32,000 nucleotides of DNA from Halotalea alkalilenta DSM 17697. GTDB taxonomy: Bacteria; Pseudomonadota; Gammaproteobacteria; Pseudomonadales; Halomonadaceae. The notes beneath the pieces were generated by a model, which saw nothing but the letters and a program-made list of their open reading frames with translations, was not told the origin of the DNA and did no database searches. Both the position numbers and the translations under genes were made by a program. Below are positions 1 to 9,243 of the stretch, piece after piece. The stretch is taken from positions 106,719 to 138,718 of the forward strand of contig NZ_JHYY01000021.1 of the NCBI RefSeq assembly GCF_000621205.1. The letters run 5' to 3'. Each line of letters begins with the position of its first letter. Within the stretch, counting starts at the first letter, position 1.

Positions 1-55
1 CGGGCGACCACGAGAGGGCGCCTCGGGGGAAATCACATGTCGCAGCGGGCTACAT

Positions 56-88
56 GCCCGTCGCGGCCGAACCCAGGTCGCGACGGGC
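56..88. other. Perfect 10-bp inverted repeat (GCCCGTCGCG - 13 nt - CGCGACGGGC), possible hairpin
   Basis: Arms at 56-65 and 79-88 are exact reverse complements. No U-tract follows. Confidence 0.45.
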
Positions 89-761
89 GGCCTCCAGGTC
101 GACAGAAGGCGCCTCGGAGGCGCTCTGACTGTACCCTTTTGATGCATGGAGCGTGCCAGAATGATGCAGATTTCCGAGAACGCATCATAACCCCATGATT
201 ACTCTGATTAATCATTCACTAAATAGGGTTTTTCGATGCTCCCTTGAGCCAGTGACGAGCACCTTCAGCCCGTACCAGCATAGCCATCGCACCATTTTGG
301 ATCAAAAAAACCACAAACAGCACCATGCCGGTGCTTCAGCCCGCTTTCTCGTCATCGATCCTGCCTGCCCTCCAGCGAGCAAGCGGCGACTTCCCTCCTT
401 TATACCTGCTCTGAGCGCTCGCCGGGGGTATCGGGCCAGAGCCAAGACGTGCGAAGTGCACCATGCGCACGCAACGGCTATCCTGTATCCCTTCCGGCGG
501 GTACAATGCCGAGCCAGCCCCTCCCCGCGCATCCGACGCTCCGTATATCCGCAGCAGCTCGGTGGGTGCGCTAGAACCTGTCTGAGATCATCGCGAGCCG
601 AGGTCAGGCTTCGATCAATCCGGGGCGCACAGCCAACGAAGAATGGAATTCCCATCGGGATGAACGAGCGATCGATGGCTCGGCTTGCGTTCGATCTCCC
701 CATGCATGACCCGGCTACGCGGATCACAGACAGGCTTTCAGCAGATTACGGAACATAATTA

Positions 762-2594
762 ATGTCACAGCACGAACTCGATTCCCGGATCGCCCATATC
801 CGGAACATCGCCATCATCGCCCACGTCGACCATGGCAAGACCACGCTGGTCGACAAGCTGCTCCAGCAGTCAGGCACCCTCGACCGCCGCAACGAGGGTC
901 AGGAGCGGATCATGGACTCCAGCGACCAGGAAAAGGAACGCGGCATCACCATCCTGGCCAAGAACACCGCGATCCAATGGCGCGACTATCACATCAACAT
1001 CGTCGACACCCCCGGACACGCCGACTTCGGCGGCGAAGTGGAGCGGGTGATGTCGATGGTCGATTCGGTACTGCTGCTGGTCGATGCGGTCGACGGCCCG
1101 ATGCCGCAGACTCGCTTCGTCACCCAGAAGGCCTTCGACCAGGGCCTCAGGCCCATCGTGGTGGTGAACAAGATCGACCGTCCCGGCGCGCGTCCCGACT
1201 GGGTCATCGACCAGATCTTCGATCTGTTCGATAACCTCGGCGCTACCGACGAACAGCTCGACTTCCCGATCATCTATTGCTCCGCGCTCAACGGCATCGC
1301 CGGCCTCGATCCGGAAGAGCTGGCCGACGACATGACGCCGATGTTCCAGGCGATCGTCGATATCGTCGAGCCGCCCAAGGTCGAGCTCGACGGCCCGTTC
1401 CAGATGCAGATCTCGGCACTCGACTACAACAGCTACGTCGGGGTCATCGGCGTGGGTCGGATCAAGCGCGGCTCGGTCAAGCCCAACCAGCAGGTCACCG
1501 TGATCGACGTCGACGGTTCTACCCGTCGCGGCAAGATCGGCCAGGTCATGACCCATCTCGGTCTCGAGCGGGTACAGACCCAGGAAGCCACCGCCGGCGA
1601 CATCATCTGCATCACCGGGATCGACGAGCTCGGCATCTCCGACACCCTGTGCGACCCGGCCGCGGTCGAGGCATTGCCGCCGCTGTCCGTCGACCAGCCG
1701 ACGGTGTCGATGACCTTCCAGGTCAACGATTCGCCGTTCGCCGGCCGCGATGGCAAGTTCGTCACCAGCCGCAACATCAAGGAACGGCTCGACCAGGAGC
1801 TGATCCACAACGTCGCACTGCGCGTCCAGCAGGGCGAGACGCCGGAGAAGTTCATCGTCTCCGGGCGTGGCGAACTGCACCTTTCGGTGCTGATCGAGAC
1901 CATGCGTCGCGAAGGCTTCGAACTGGCGGTCGGCCGCCCCGAGGTGATCATCCGCGAGATCGACGGGGTCAAGCAGGAGCCGTACGAAGAGGTGATCATC
2001 GACTGCGAGGAGCAGCACCAGGGCTCGATCATGGAAGAGCTCGGCTATCGCAAGGGCGAGATGACCAACATGAACCCGGATGGCAAGGGCCGGGTGCGTC
2101 TGGACTTCATCATCCCCGCGCGTGGGCTGATCGGCTTCCGCGGCCAGTTCCTGACCATGACCTCGGGTACCGGCATCCTCACCAGCCGCTTCGATCACTA
2201 CGGCCCGCTCAAGCCGGATGCCTCGATCGAGCGCCGCAACGGCGTACTGGTATCGATGGTCACCGGCAAGGCGCTGGCCTATGCGCTCTATACCCTTCAA
2301 GAGCGCGGCAAGCTGATCATCGACCATGGCACCGAGGTCTACGAGGGGATGCTGATCGGCATCCACAACCGTGCCAACGACCTGGTGGTCAACCCGACCA
2401 AGGGCAAGAAACTCGACAACATGCGCGCCTCGGGCAACGACGAGAACATCGTCCTCACCCCGCCGGTACGCTTCTCGCTCGAACAGGCGATCGAGTTCCT
2501 CGACAGCGACGAGCTGGTCGAAGTGACGCCCAACCACATCCGCCTGCGCAAGAAACACCTCACCGAAAACGAGCGCAAGCGCGCCTCGAAGTGA
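762..2594 (+). CDS. typA: Ribosome-associated translational GTPase TypA/BipA
   Basis: 610 aa. N-terminus [22 protein letters not shown] (G1 P-loop), then [27 protein letters not shown] and NKIDRP. Full-length TypA architecture. Confidence 0.97.
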   Translation: MSQHELDSRIAHIRNIAIIAHVDHGKTTLVDKLLQQSGTLDRRNEGQERIMDSSDQEKERGITILAKNTAIQWRDYHINIVDTPGHADFGGEVERVMSMVDSVLLLVDAVDGPMPQTRFVTQKAFDQGLRPIVVVNKIDRPGARPDWVIDQIFDLFDNLGATDEQLDFPIIYCSALNGIAGLDPEELADDMTPMFQAIVDIVEPPKVELDGPFQMQISALDYNSYVGVIGVGRIKRGSVKPNQQVTVIDVDGSTRRGKIGQVMTHLGLERVQTQEATAGDIICITGIDELGISDTLCDPAAVEALPPLSVDQPTVSMTFQVNDSPFAGRDGKFVTSRNIKERLDQELIHNVALRVQQGETPEKFIVSGRGELHLSVLIETMRREGFELAVGRPEVIIREIDGVKQEPYEEVIIDCEEQHQGSIMEELGYRKGEMTNMNPDGKGRVRLDFIIPARGLIGFRGQFLTMTSGTGILTSRFDHYGPLKPDASIERRNGVLVSMVTGKALAYALYTLQERGKLIIDHGTEVYEGMLIGIHNRANDLVVNPTKGKKLDNMRASGNDENIVLTPPVRFSLEQAIEFLDSDELVEVTPNHIRLRKKHLTENERKRASK

Positions 2595-2600
2595 GTCTCC

Positions 2601-2627
2601 GGACCGCCCGCCTTTGGCGGGCGGTCC
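2601..2627. terminator. Hairpin terminator downstream of typA
   Basis: Perfect 12-bp stem GGACCGCCCGCC-TTT-GGCGGGCGGTCC starting 7 nt after the typA stop. Confidence 0.75.
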
Positions 2628-2906
2628 TGGTTTGGGGGCAGAGCATTTCCTCGCTTGATGGCGAGCATGTCGCCAACCGCGCGATCGACGCCTGATTCCC
2701 AACGCACCCACGGGACGCACTCTGCGCGACACCATTCCTGATTGCTGGCTCCGCGTCCAAAACCTCCCACCGCAATCGCCGTATTCCGTCGAAACACGTA
2801 CAAAGGGCCAGGCAGTGTCGTGACTTTGGTCTCATCACTGTCATGAAAACGTCACAATCCCCCGACAGGATGGGGCGACCCAGGCACTCGACTGCGAGAT
2901 ATCGGC

Positions 2907-3701
2907 ATGGAATGGACACACCTGATTGTTCTGGCCCTGATCCAAGGGCTCACCGAGTTCCTTCCCGTCTCCTCGTCGGCCCACCTGATACTTCCCTCCC
3001 AACTGTTTGGCTGGCCCGATCAAGGGCTCGCCTTCGATGTAGCCGTCCACGTCGGCACGCTCGCCGCAGTGGTGCTCTACTTTCGCACCCAGCTGCGCGA
3101 GGTGGCGGTGGGCTGGACCCGCCAGTTGACCGGCCACGGCTCGAGCCCCGAAAGCCGCCTCGGCTGGTCGGTGATCGCCGCTACGCTACCGATACTGGTG
3201 GTCGGTGGACTGCTCGCCAACTGGATCGAGCTGACCATGCGCTCGATGACAGTGATCGCCCTGACCACGATCATCTTCGGGCTGCTGTTGTGGTGGGCCG
3301 ACCGACTCGGCAAGCGCTCCCGCGAAATGCCCCAGATCGATCTGCGCGCCGCGCTGTTGATCGGCCTCGCCCAGGTCATCGCCCTGGTGCCCGGCACTTC
3401 CCGCTCGGGGATAACCCTCACCGCGGGCCTGCTACTCGGCTTCACCCGCCAGGCCTCGGCGCGCTTCTCGTTTTTGCTTTCGATCCCGCTGATCGCCGCC
3501 GCCGGCGTATTCAAAGGCGTCGAGCTTTGGCAAACCGGCGGCGTGGACGGCTGGCGCGACCCGCTGCTCGGCGCAATGATCTCCTTCGTCACCGCGCTGG
3601 TCTGCATCAAAGCGTTTCTCGCCCTGCTCGACCGCATAGGCATGCTGCCCTTCGTGATCTATCGACTGGTGCTCGGCGGCCTCCTGCTGCTGGTGCTGTA
3701 G
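2907..3701 (+). CDS. uppP: Undecaprenyl-diphosphatase (UppP/BacA family), first copy
   Basis: 264 aa membrane protein with QGLTEFLPVSSSAHLILP and VPGTSRSGITLTAGLLLGF signature motifs. Confidence 0.93.
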   Translation: MEWTHLIVLALIQGLTEFLPVSSSAHLILPSQLFGWPDQGLAFDVAVHVGTLAAVVLYFRTQLREVAVGWTRQLTGHGSSPESRLGWSVIAATLPILVVGGLLANWIELTMRSMTVIALTTIIFGLLLWWADRLGKRSREMPQIDLRAALLIGLAQVIALVPGTSRSGITLTAGLLLGFTRQASARFSFLLSIPLIAAAGVFKGVELWQTGGVDGWRDPLLGAMISFVTALVCIKAFLALLDRIGMLPFVIYRLVLGGLLLLVL

Positions 3702-3757
3702 CGCCTGCGCCTGCGCGGCACGAGAAACTCGCAACCGCATCTTCTTTCCCCAGGATC

Positions 3758-3779
3758 TACTCCACTGCCCGGTGGAGTA
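3758..3779. other. Inverted repeat between the two uppP genes (TACTCCAC-TGCCCG-GTGGAGTA)
   Basis: Perfect 8-bp stem with a 6-nt loop, 20 nt upstream of the second uppP start. Confidence 0.45.
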
Positions 3780-3798
3780 CGCAAGGAGTTGAACATCC

Positions 3799-4632
3799 AT
3801 GACCTTTGGAGACGCCGGTGATGCGCTGATACTAGGCATCGTCGAGGGCTTGACCGAGTTCCTGCCGATCTCGAGCACCGGCCACCAGATCATCGTCGCC
3901 GACCTGCTCAACTTCTCAGGCGACAAGGCGGTCGCCTTCAATGTGATCATCCAGCTCGGCGCGATTCTCGCCGTGGTGTGGGAGTACCGCGCCAAGATCG
4001 CAGGCATCGCGATCAGCCTGCCCACCAACGTCGAGTCGCGCCGCTTCGTACGCAACGTGCTGATCGCCTTCTTCCCGGCGGTGCTGCTCGGTTTGGCCTT
4101 CGCCGACGTGATCCAGCACTATCTGTTCAACCCGGTCACCGTCGCCGCCGCCCTGGTGATCGGCGGCATCCTGATCCTTTGGGCGGAAAAGCGTAAGCAT
4201 CTCGTGCGGGCTGAATCGATCGAGCAGATTCGCTGGCACGACGCACTCAAGGTCGGCTGCTGTCAGTGCCTGGCGCTGATTCCCGGCACCTCGCGCTCCG
4301 GTTCGACGATCATCGGCGGGCTGTTCTTCGGCCTCTCGCGCAAGGCCGCGACCGAGTTCTCGTTCTTCCTCGCCATCCCGACGATGATCGGCGCCACCAC
4401 CTACATGTTCATCAAGCACGGCAGCACCCTGATCGATGGCAATCTCGGCATGCTCGCGATCGGCTTCGTCACCGCTTTCATCTTCGCCATGATCGCGGTG
4501 CGCGCGCTGCTGCGCTTCATCGGCCACCACAGCTACGCCGCCTTCGCCTGGTACCGCATCGCCTTCGGTCTGCTGATCCTCGCCACCTGGCAGTTCGGCT
4601 GGATCGACTGGGCCCACGTCACCGAGCTGTAG
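3799..4632 (+). CDS. uppP: Undecaprenyl-diphosphatase (UppP/BacA family), second copy
   Basis: 277 aa with canonical [14 protein letters not shown] and [34 protein letters not shown] motifs. Confidence 0.95.
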   Translation: MTFGDAGDALILGIVEGLTEFLPISSTGHQIIVADLLNFSGDKAVAFNVIIQLGAILAVVWEYRAKIAGIAISLPTNVESRRFVRNVLIAFFPAVLLGLAFADVIQHYLFNPVTVAAALVIGGILILWAEKRKHLVRAESIEQIRWHDALKVGCCQCLALIPGTSRSGSTIIGGLFFGLSRKAATEFSFFLAIPTMIGATTYMFIKHGSTLIDGNLGMLAIGFVTAFIFAMIAVRALLRFIGHHSYAAFAWYRIAFGLLILATWQFGWIDWAHVTEL

Positions 4633-4640
4633 CGAGCAAC

Positions 4641-4693
4641 CCGCCTAAGCGCCACGCAGGCTTGGGCGGCTCCTACGCATAGCGGGTAGGAGC
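4641..4693. terminator. Two consecutive hairpins between convergent genes (uppP-2 and the oxidoreductase)
   Basis: CCGCCTAAGC/GCTTGGGCGG (4641-4650/4660-4669, one G:U) followed by GCTCCTAC/GTAGGAGC (4669-4676/4686-4693). Confidence 0.5.
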
Positions 4694-6094
4694 GCCACCA
4701 AGAAAACGAGCGTCCTGCTGATGGCGCAGCCGCCAGAGCATCGATGTCTCGTCGAGTTCCACATCGCCCCCGCGAATCGGCTCGCCGGCCGATACCGCAC
4801 GCCGCAGCCGGCCGGTCGCGGCGAGATAGAACGGCAATGGCGCCTCCTCGGTCAGCGCAGCGGCCGGCACCAGCGCCGGTCGCAGATGGTCGATGGTGTG
4901 GTGATGCCCATGCGCGGTGAGCGCAGTGCCGGTGGGCAGGTCGCGCTCGGCGATGCCGACCAGATCGAAGCGCGGCTTCGGTACCCGGGCACCGCTTGAG
5001 ACGCCGTTGAGCACCGCTTCGAACAGGCTGGTGGCGACTTCGAGCCCGAGCAGATGACGCGGCAGCAGGATCGTCGCAGCATTGCCGTCGCGACCGACCA
5101 GATGCCCTTTGGCCGCTAGCATCCGCCAGCTCTCGCGATCACCGCAGCGGACGTTGACGAAGACGCCGCCGGCCGGGCTGAATTCGTCCACCCGGCGCAG
5201 GCAGTTGAATACGTCGATCCGCCCTTCGCCGGCGAGCAGGCCTCCCAGTTCGCGACGCTCGAAGATATCGGCGACCTCACCGAGCCGTGCGATCGGGCAG
5301 TGCAGCGACGGCTGGTCGGGCACCAGCGCGCTATGGTTGGCGACCAGCCCCAGTTCGCAGAGATCCGGCACCGCGCGCTGCGGCAGCGCTGCGGCCAGCT
5401 GAGCGCGCGCCGCCAGCCATTCCGCCAGCGGCTGCCCTCCGCGCTGCCACAGCGTATCGAGGCCGCTTGCGTCTATCCGCCGCCCGTCACACTCGAGCGT
5501 ACGGGCGCAGGGGTCGTAGATGAAGTCGTACTCGCTGGCCTTGCCCGCACTGATCACTTCCAACCCGACTCGCTCGGCCCAGCTGATCAGGCCCAGCAGC
5601 AAACTCGGCTGGTCGCCATCGACCGGCGTCACGATACAGCCGCGCTCTCGCGCCATCTCGGCGAGCATCGGGCCGACCACGCTGTCGACCTCCTTCGAGG
5701 CCAGCGCCAGGTGACGACCGGCCTCTATCGCCAGAACCGCATGGCGGGCGCCAGCCTCGGGCTGCCCGGTCGCCTCGACGACCACATCGAAGGGCAGCGC
5801 CAGCGCCATCGCCAGCGAGTCGGTGACCACGCAGTGGCCCGCGTTCCAGGCACGGCGCGCCTCGGCGACCTCGCGGCAGACGTGGATCCGGTCGAGGGGC
5901 CATCCGGCGGCCCGCAGCGCGGCGACGGCGGTATCAAGATCGAGATCGACGGCGACCCGGGCATCGAGCCCCGGCACCCTTGGCGCATGCACCAAAAGGC
6001 TGCGTCCGAAGCCGCCGCTGCCGACCACGCAAGCCTCGACCACCCGCTCACCGCGGCTCGAATCGCCATGATCGAAGTAATGCTCCAGGTTCAT
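4673..6094 (-). CDS. NAD(P)-dependent homoserine-dehydrogenase-like oxidoreductase with C-terminal SAF domain
   Basis: 473 aa. N-terminal Rossmann stretch VVEACVVGSGGFGRSLL, FDVVVEATGQPEAG, then a C-terminal SAF-like segment (GIAERDLPTGTALTAHGH...RRAVSAGEPIRGGDV). Start overlaps the tctA stop (ATGA). Confidence 0.75.
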   Translation of the reverse strand: MNLEHYFDHGDSSRGERVVEACVVGSGGFGRSLLVHAPRVPGLDARVAVDLDLDTAVAALRAAGWPLDRIHVCREVAEARRAWNAGHCVVTDSLAMALALPFDVVVEATGQPEAGARHAVLAIEAGRHLALASKEVDSVVGPMLAEMARERGCIVTPVDGDQPSLLLGLISWAERVGLEVISAGKASEYDFIYDPCARTLECDGRRIDASGLDTLWQRGGQPLAEWLAARAQLAAALPQRAVPDLCELGLVANHSALVPDQPSLHCPIARLGEVADIFERRELGGLLAGEGRIDVFNCLRRVDEFSPAGGVFVNVRCGDRESWRMLAAKGHLVGRDGNAATILLPRHLLGLEVATSLFEAVLNGVSSGARVPKPRFDLVGIAERDLPTGTALTAHGHHHTIDHLRPALVPAAALTEEAPLPFYLAATGRLRRAVSAGEPIRGGDVELDETSMLWRLRHQQDARFLGGAPTRYA

Positions 6095-7650
6095 CGGGGG
6101 GTCTCCGCGCCCTGCCGGGGCCGCTCCTGCGACGCCTCAGGCTTCATCGCGCTGCGGCGTCGGAAGGCGCGCAGCCCGATCATTTTCGACACCAACGGCC
6201 AAGCCAGCATGAACACCCCCAGCCCCATGATCGTCGAGACCAGCGGGTTGGACCAGAACACCGCAACGCTACCGTCGGAGAACACCATCGACTGGCGGAA
6301 CGCTTCCTCGGCGCGATCGCCCAGCACCATCGCCAGCACCAGCGGCGCGACCGGGTAGTCGAGCTTCTTGAACAGGTAGCCGAGCAGGGCGAAGAGCAGC
6401 ACCAGCAGGATATCGAAGGTGGAGTTGGCGACCTGGTACACCCCGGTGAAGATCACCGCGATGATCAGCGGTCCGATGATCGCGAACGGCACCCTCAGGA
6501 TCGAGGCGTAGAGCGGCACGGTGGCGAGCACCAGCACCACTGCGACCAGGTTGCCCAGGTACATGCTGGCGATCAGCCCCCAAACGAAATCCGGCCGTTC
6601 GACGAACAGCATAGGCCCCGGGGTGAGTCCCCAGATCATCAGCCCGCCCATCATCACCGCCGCTGTGGCCGAGCCAGGCACCCCGAGCGCGAGCATCGGC
6701 AGCAGTGCGGAAGTACCCGCCGAGTGATCGGCCGCCTCGGGGGAGACGATCCCACTCGGCTCGCCCTTGCCGAAGCGCTCCGGATGCTTGGAGAAGCGCT
6801 TGGCGATGCCATGGCTCATGAACGAGGCCGCGGTCGGGCCGGCCGGAGTGATGCCCATCCAGATCCCGATCAGGATGCTGCGCACCAAAGCCACTGCGTA
6901 GCGCGGCATCTCAGCGGCGGTGCGCAGCACATCCATCGGCCTGATGCGCGCCTTTATCCCCTTGAAATGCAGCCCCTCCTCGGTGGTGACCATCAGCTCG
7001 GCGATGCCGAACAGGCCCATCACCGCGACCAGGAAGCTGATCCCCTTGACCAGGTCGGGAATTCCGAAGGTCAGCCGCAGCCCGCCCGATACCGCATCCA
7101 TGCCGACAGTGGCGAATACCAAGCCGAGCGCCAGCGAGACCAGGGTCTTCGAGGGCGCGCTCGAACTCATGCCGATGAAACTGGCGAAGGCCAGGAAGTA
7201 GACCGCGAAGTACTCGGGCGAGGAGAAGCGCAGGCCGAACTCCGCGACCCAGCTGGAGAGCAGCGTGATCATCACCACCCCGGCCAGCGCACCCAGCCCG
7301 GCGGAGATGAAGGCCAGGGTCAACGCCCGGGTCGCCTGGCCGTCACGCGCCATCGGGTAGCCATCGAAGGTGGTCGCCACCGACGAGGGCTCGCCTGGGA
7401 TGTTGAACAGGATCGACGTCGTCGACCCGCCGAACAGCGCTCCCCAGTACATGCAGCTGAGCAGGATGATCGCCGAGATCGGATCCATGGTGAAGGTCAG
7501 CGGCAGCAGCAGCGAGACGCCGTTGGGGGCGCCCAGGCCAGGCAGCACCCCGACCAGCACGCCCAGCAGCACGCCGATCACCATGATCGTAATGTGGTAC
7601 CAGCTGAGGACGGTGGCGAAGCCATCCATCAGATGCATCAGGTTGTCCAT
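6091..7650 (-). CDS. tctA: Tripartite tricarboxylate transporter permease, TctA family
   Basis: 519 aa, polytopic. Contains GVLVGVLPGLGAPNGVSLLLPLTF and GALFGGSTTSILFNIPGEPSSVATTFDGYPMA, typical of TctA. Confidence 0.93.
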   Translation of the reverse strand: MDNLMHLMDGFATVLSWYHITIMVIGVLLGVLVGVLPGLGAPNGVSLLLPLTFTMDPISAIILLSCMYWGALFGGSTTSILFNIPGEPSSVATTFDGYPMARDGQATRALTLAFISAGLGALAGVVMITLLSSWVAEFGLRFSSPEYFAVYFLAFASFIGMSSSAPSKTLVSLALGLVFATVGMDAVSGGLRLTFGIPDLVKGISFLVAVMGLFGIAELMVTTEEGLHFKGIKARIRPMDVLRTAAEMPRYAVALVRSILIGIWMGITPAGPTAASFMSHGIAKRFSKHPERFGKGEPSGIVSPEAADHSAGTSALLPMLALGVPGSATAAVMMGGLMIWGLTPGPMLFVERPDFVWGLIASMYLGNLVAVVLVLATVPLYASILRVPFAIIGPLIIAVIFTGVYQVANSTFDILLVLLFALLGYLFKKLDYPVAPLVLAMVLGDRAEEAFRQSMVFSDGSVAVFWSNPLVSTIMGLGVFMLAWPLVSKMIGLRAFRRRSAMKPEASQERPRQGAETPR

Positions 7651-7686
7651 GAGGTACGCCCTCCAAGTGGCGCGGTGCGAAGCGGC

Positions 7687-8190
7687 TCAGTAGATGCCCA
7701 GCCACGCCTCCAGCGGCCCTTTGAGCAGCGGGACCTGGAAGCCGATTTCGAAGATCAGGTAGAAGCAGGCACTGACCGCGGCGCCGGTCGACGCCGCCAC
7801 CCACCAGCGATAGCTCCCTTGCAGGCGCATCGCGAAGAGCATGTAGAGGAAGGTACCGACGTAGAGACCGAGCACTACAGAGACCGCCGCATAGCCGACC
7901 AGCGGCAGGGTGAAACGGGCGACCGAGCGCGCCCGCGCGCCATCGAGGAAGACCTCATCGAGATGGCGTTTCCAGATCAATGCCCGCCCCAGATTGACCA
8001 GGCTGGCAAGCACGATCAGCACACCGATGTAGAAAGGGAAGTAGCCTGATGAGGGGCCGCTCGGCTCCCAGCCGACCCCCGCCTGCCAAGCACCGATGCA
8101 GACGGTCACCCCGATCGCGCCAGTGAGCAGCGCGGTCGTGATCTCCATGCTGTGCCGGGACACGTGCTTGTCAGCCATAGTGACCTCCAA
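7687..8190 (-). CDS. tctB: Tripartite tricarboxylate transporter small membrane subunit, TctB family
   Basis: 167 aa with four predicted TM segments (GPSSGYFPFYIGVLIVLASLVNL), located between tctA and tctC. Confidence 0.85.
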   Translation of the reverse strand: MEVTMADKHVSRHSMEITTALLTGAIGVTVCIGAWQAGVGWEPSGPSSGYFPFYIGVLIVLASLVNLGRALIWKRHLDEVFLDGARARSVARFTLPLVGYAAVSVVLGLYVGTFLYMLFAMRLQGSYRWWVAASTGAAVSACFYLIFEIGFQVPLLKGPLEAWLGIY

Positions 8191-8214
8191 GGTTGGATGG
8201 GCAACGGACGGCGG

Positions 8215-9198
8215 TCACTCGACCAGCCAGCCCTCGGTGGCGAAGACTTCCGTGATCACTCGCGTGTTCTCGTCGATGTAGCTGCGCAACTCGTCACCGC
8301 TGAGGAAGGTGTCTGACTGCACGCTATTGGCCACGTATGCTTTCCACTCAGGGGTTTCGACGACTTTCTGCAGCAGATCGCGATAGAACTCGACCACTTC
8401 CTGGTCGACGCCGGCAGCGAGCCACACGGTGCGCGGCATGCGGTACTCGGTGATCGGTATGCCCTGGGAGGCGCAGGTCGGTACGTCGCCCCATCCCTTG
8501 CCGTCGTAGACCGGCTCTCCCGCGGGCAGCGGTTCGGGGGAGAACACGCAAAGCGGCTTGACCATCCCCGCCTTCCATTGGCCGAGGTTCTCCGAGGGGT
8601 TGTTGACGTTGGCGTCGACGTGCCCGCCGGAAAGCTGCACCAGCGCCTGGCTGCCGCCGTTGAACGGCACATAGCGGAACTCGGTACCGGTCGCCGCCTG
8701 GAGCATGCTGACCAGGGTCTGGTCGGTATCCTTGGACTGACTGCCGGAAAAGCGCATCTTGCCCGGCTCGGCCTTGGCGTCGGCGATGAACGCACCGGCA
8801 TCCTCCCACTCAGCCTTGCCGTTGACCCAGATCATGAACTCGTCGAACGCCATCGCCGCTACCGGCTGCAGGTCTTCCGCCGCGTAGGGCATCCGATTGA
8901 CCTTGGGCAGCAGGTACTCGTTGTTGGTGCCGAAGGTCAGCTTGTAGGGATCGTTCTGATAACCGGCGGCGTAGACGAAGCCTTCGGCACCGCTGCCGCC
9001 TCCTTTGTTGGAGACGATGATCGAAGCGTCCATCAGGTTGTGCTTGCTGATGATCGCCTGCACGGTTCGCGCGAAGTTGTCGGTGCCGCCACCGGCCCCC
9101 GAGGTCACCACGAATTCGACCGGGCGATTGGGCTCCCAGGCCAGAGACTGGGCGGATACCGCCAACGTGGCGCAGAGCAGTGAAAGTGGCTTGATCAT
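8215..9198 (-). CDS. tctC: Tripartite tricarboxylate transporter periplasmic substrate-binding protein, TctC/Bug family
   Basis: 327 aa. Signal peptide MIKPLSLLCATLAVSAQSLA, then WEPNRPVEFVVTSGAGGGTDNFARTVQ and MRFSGSQSKDTDQTLVSMLQ...FRYVPFNGGSQALVQLSGGHVD. Confidence 0.9.
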   Translation of the reverse strand: MIKPLSLLCATLAVSAQSLAWEPNRPVEFVVTSGAGGGTDNFARTVQAIISKHNLMDASIIVSNKGGGSGAEGFVYAAGYQNDPYKLTFGTNNEYLLPKVNRMPYAAEDLQPVAAMAFDEFMIWVNGKAEWEDAGAFIADAKAEPGKMRFSGSQSKDTDQTLVSMLQAATGTEFRYVPFNGGSQALVQLSGGHVDANVNNPSENLGQWKAGMVKPLCVFSPEPLPAGEPVYDGKGWGDVPTCASQGIPITEYRMPRTVWLAAGVDQEVVEFYRDLLQKVVETPEWKAYVANSVQSDTFLSGDELRSYIDENTRVITEVFATEGWLVE

Positions 9199-9243
9199 GA
9201 TCGTGACTCTTTGACGTGGAGTTCGAGAAAGACCATCGATGGT

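Noticed and set aside
195-758. 187-aa plus-strand ORF (and 302..727 minus) upstream of typA
   Set aside because: No recognisable motifs, no good RBS, atypical composition and overlap on opposite strands. Treated as noncoding.
1277-2695. 472-aa plus-strand ORF overlapping typA in another frame
   Set aside because: Arg/Pro-rich out-of-frame shadow of typA codon bias.
870-2735. 621-aa minus-strand ORF opposite typA
   Set aside because: Antisense shadow ORF of a high-GC gene. The sequence is low-complexity and Arg/Asp/Val-rich with no family motifs, while typA on the other strand is unambiguous.
5980-8049. 689-aa plus-strand ORF across tctA/tctB
   Set aside because: His/Gln/Arg-rich shadow frame antisense to confidently assigned transporter genes.
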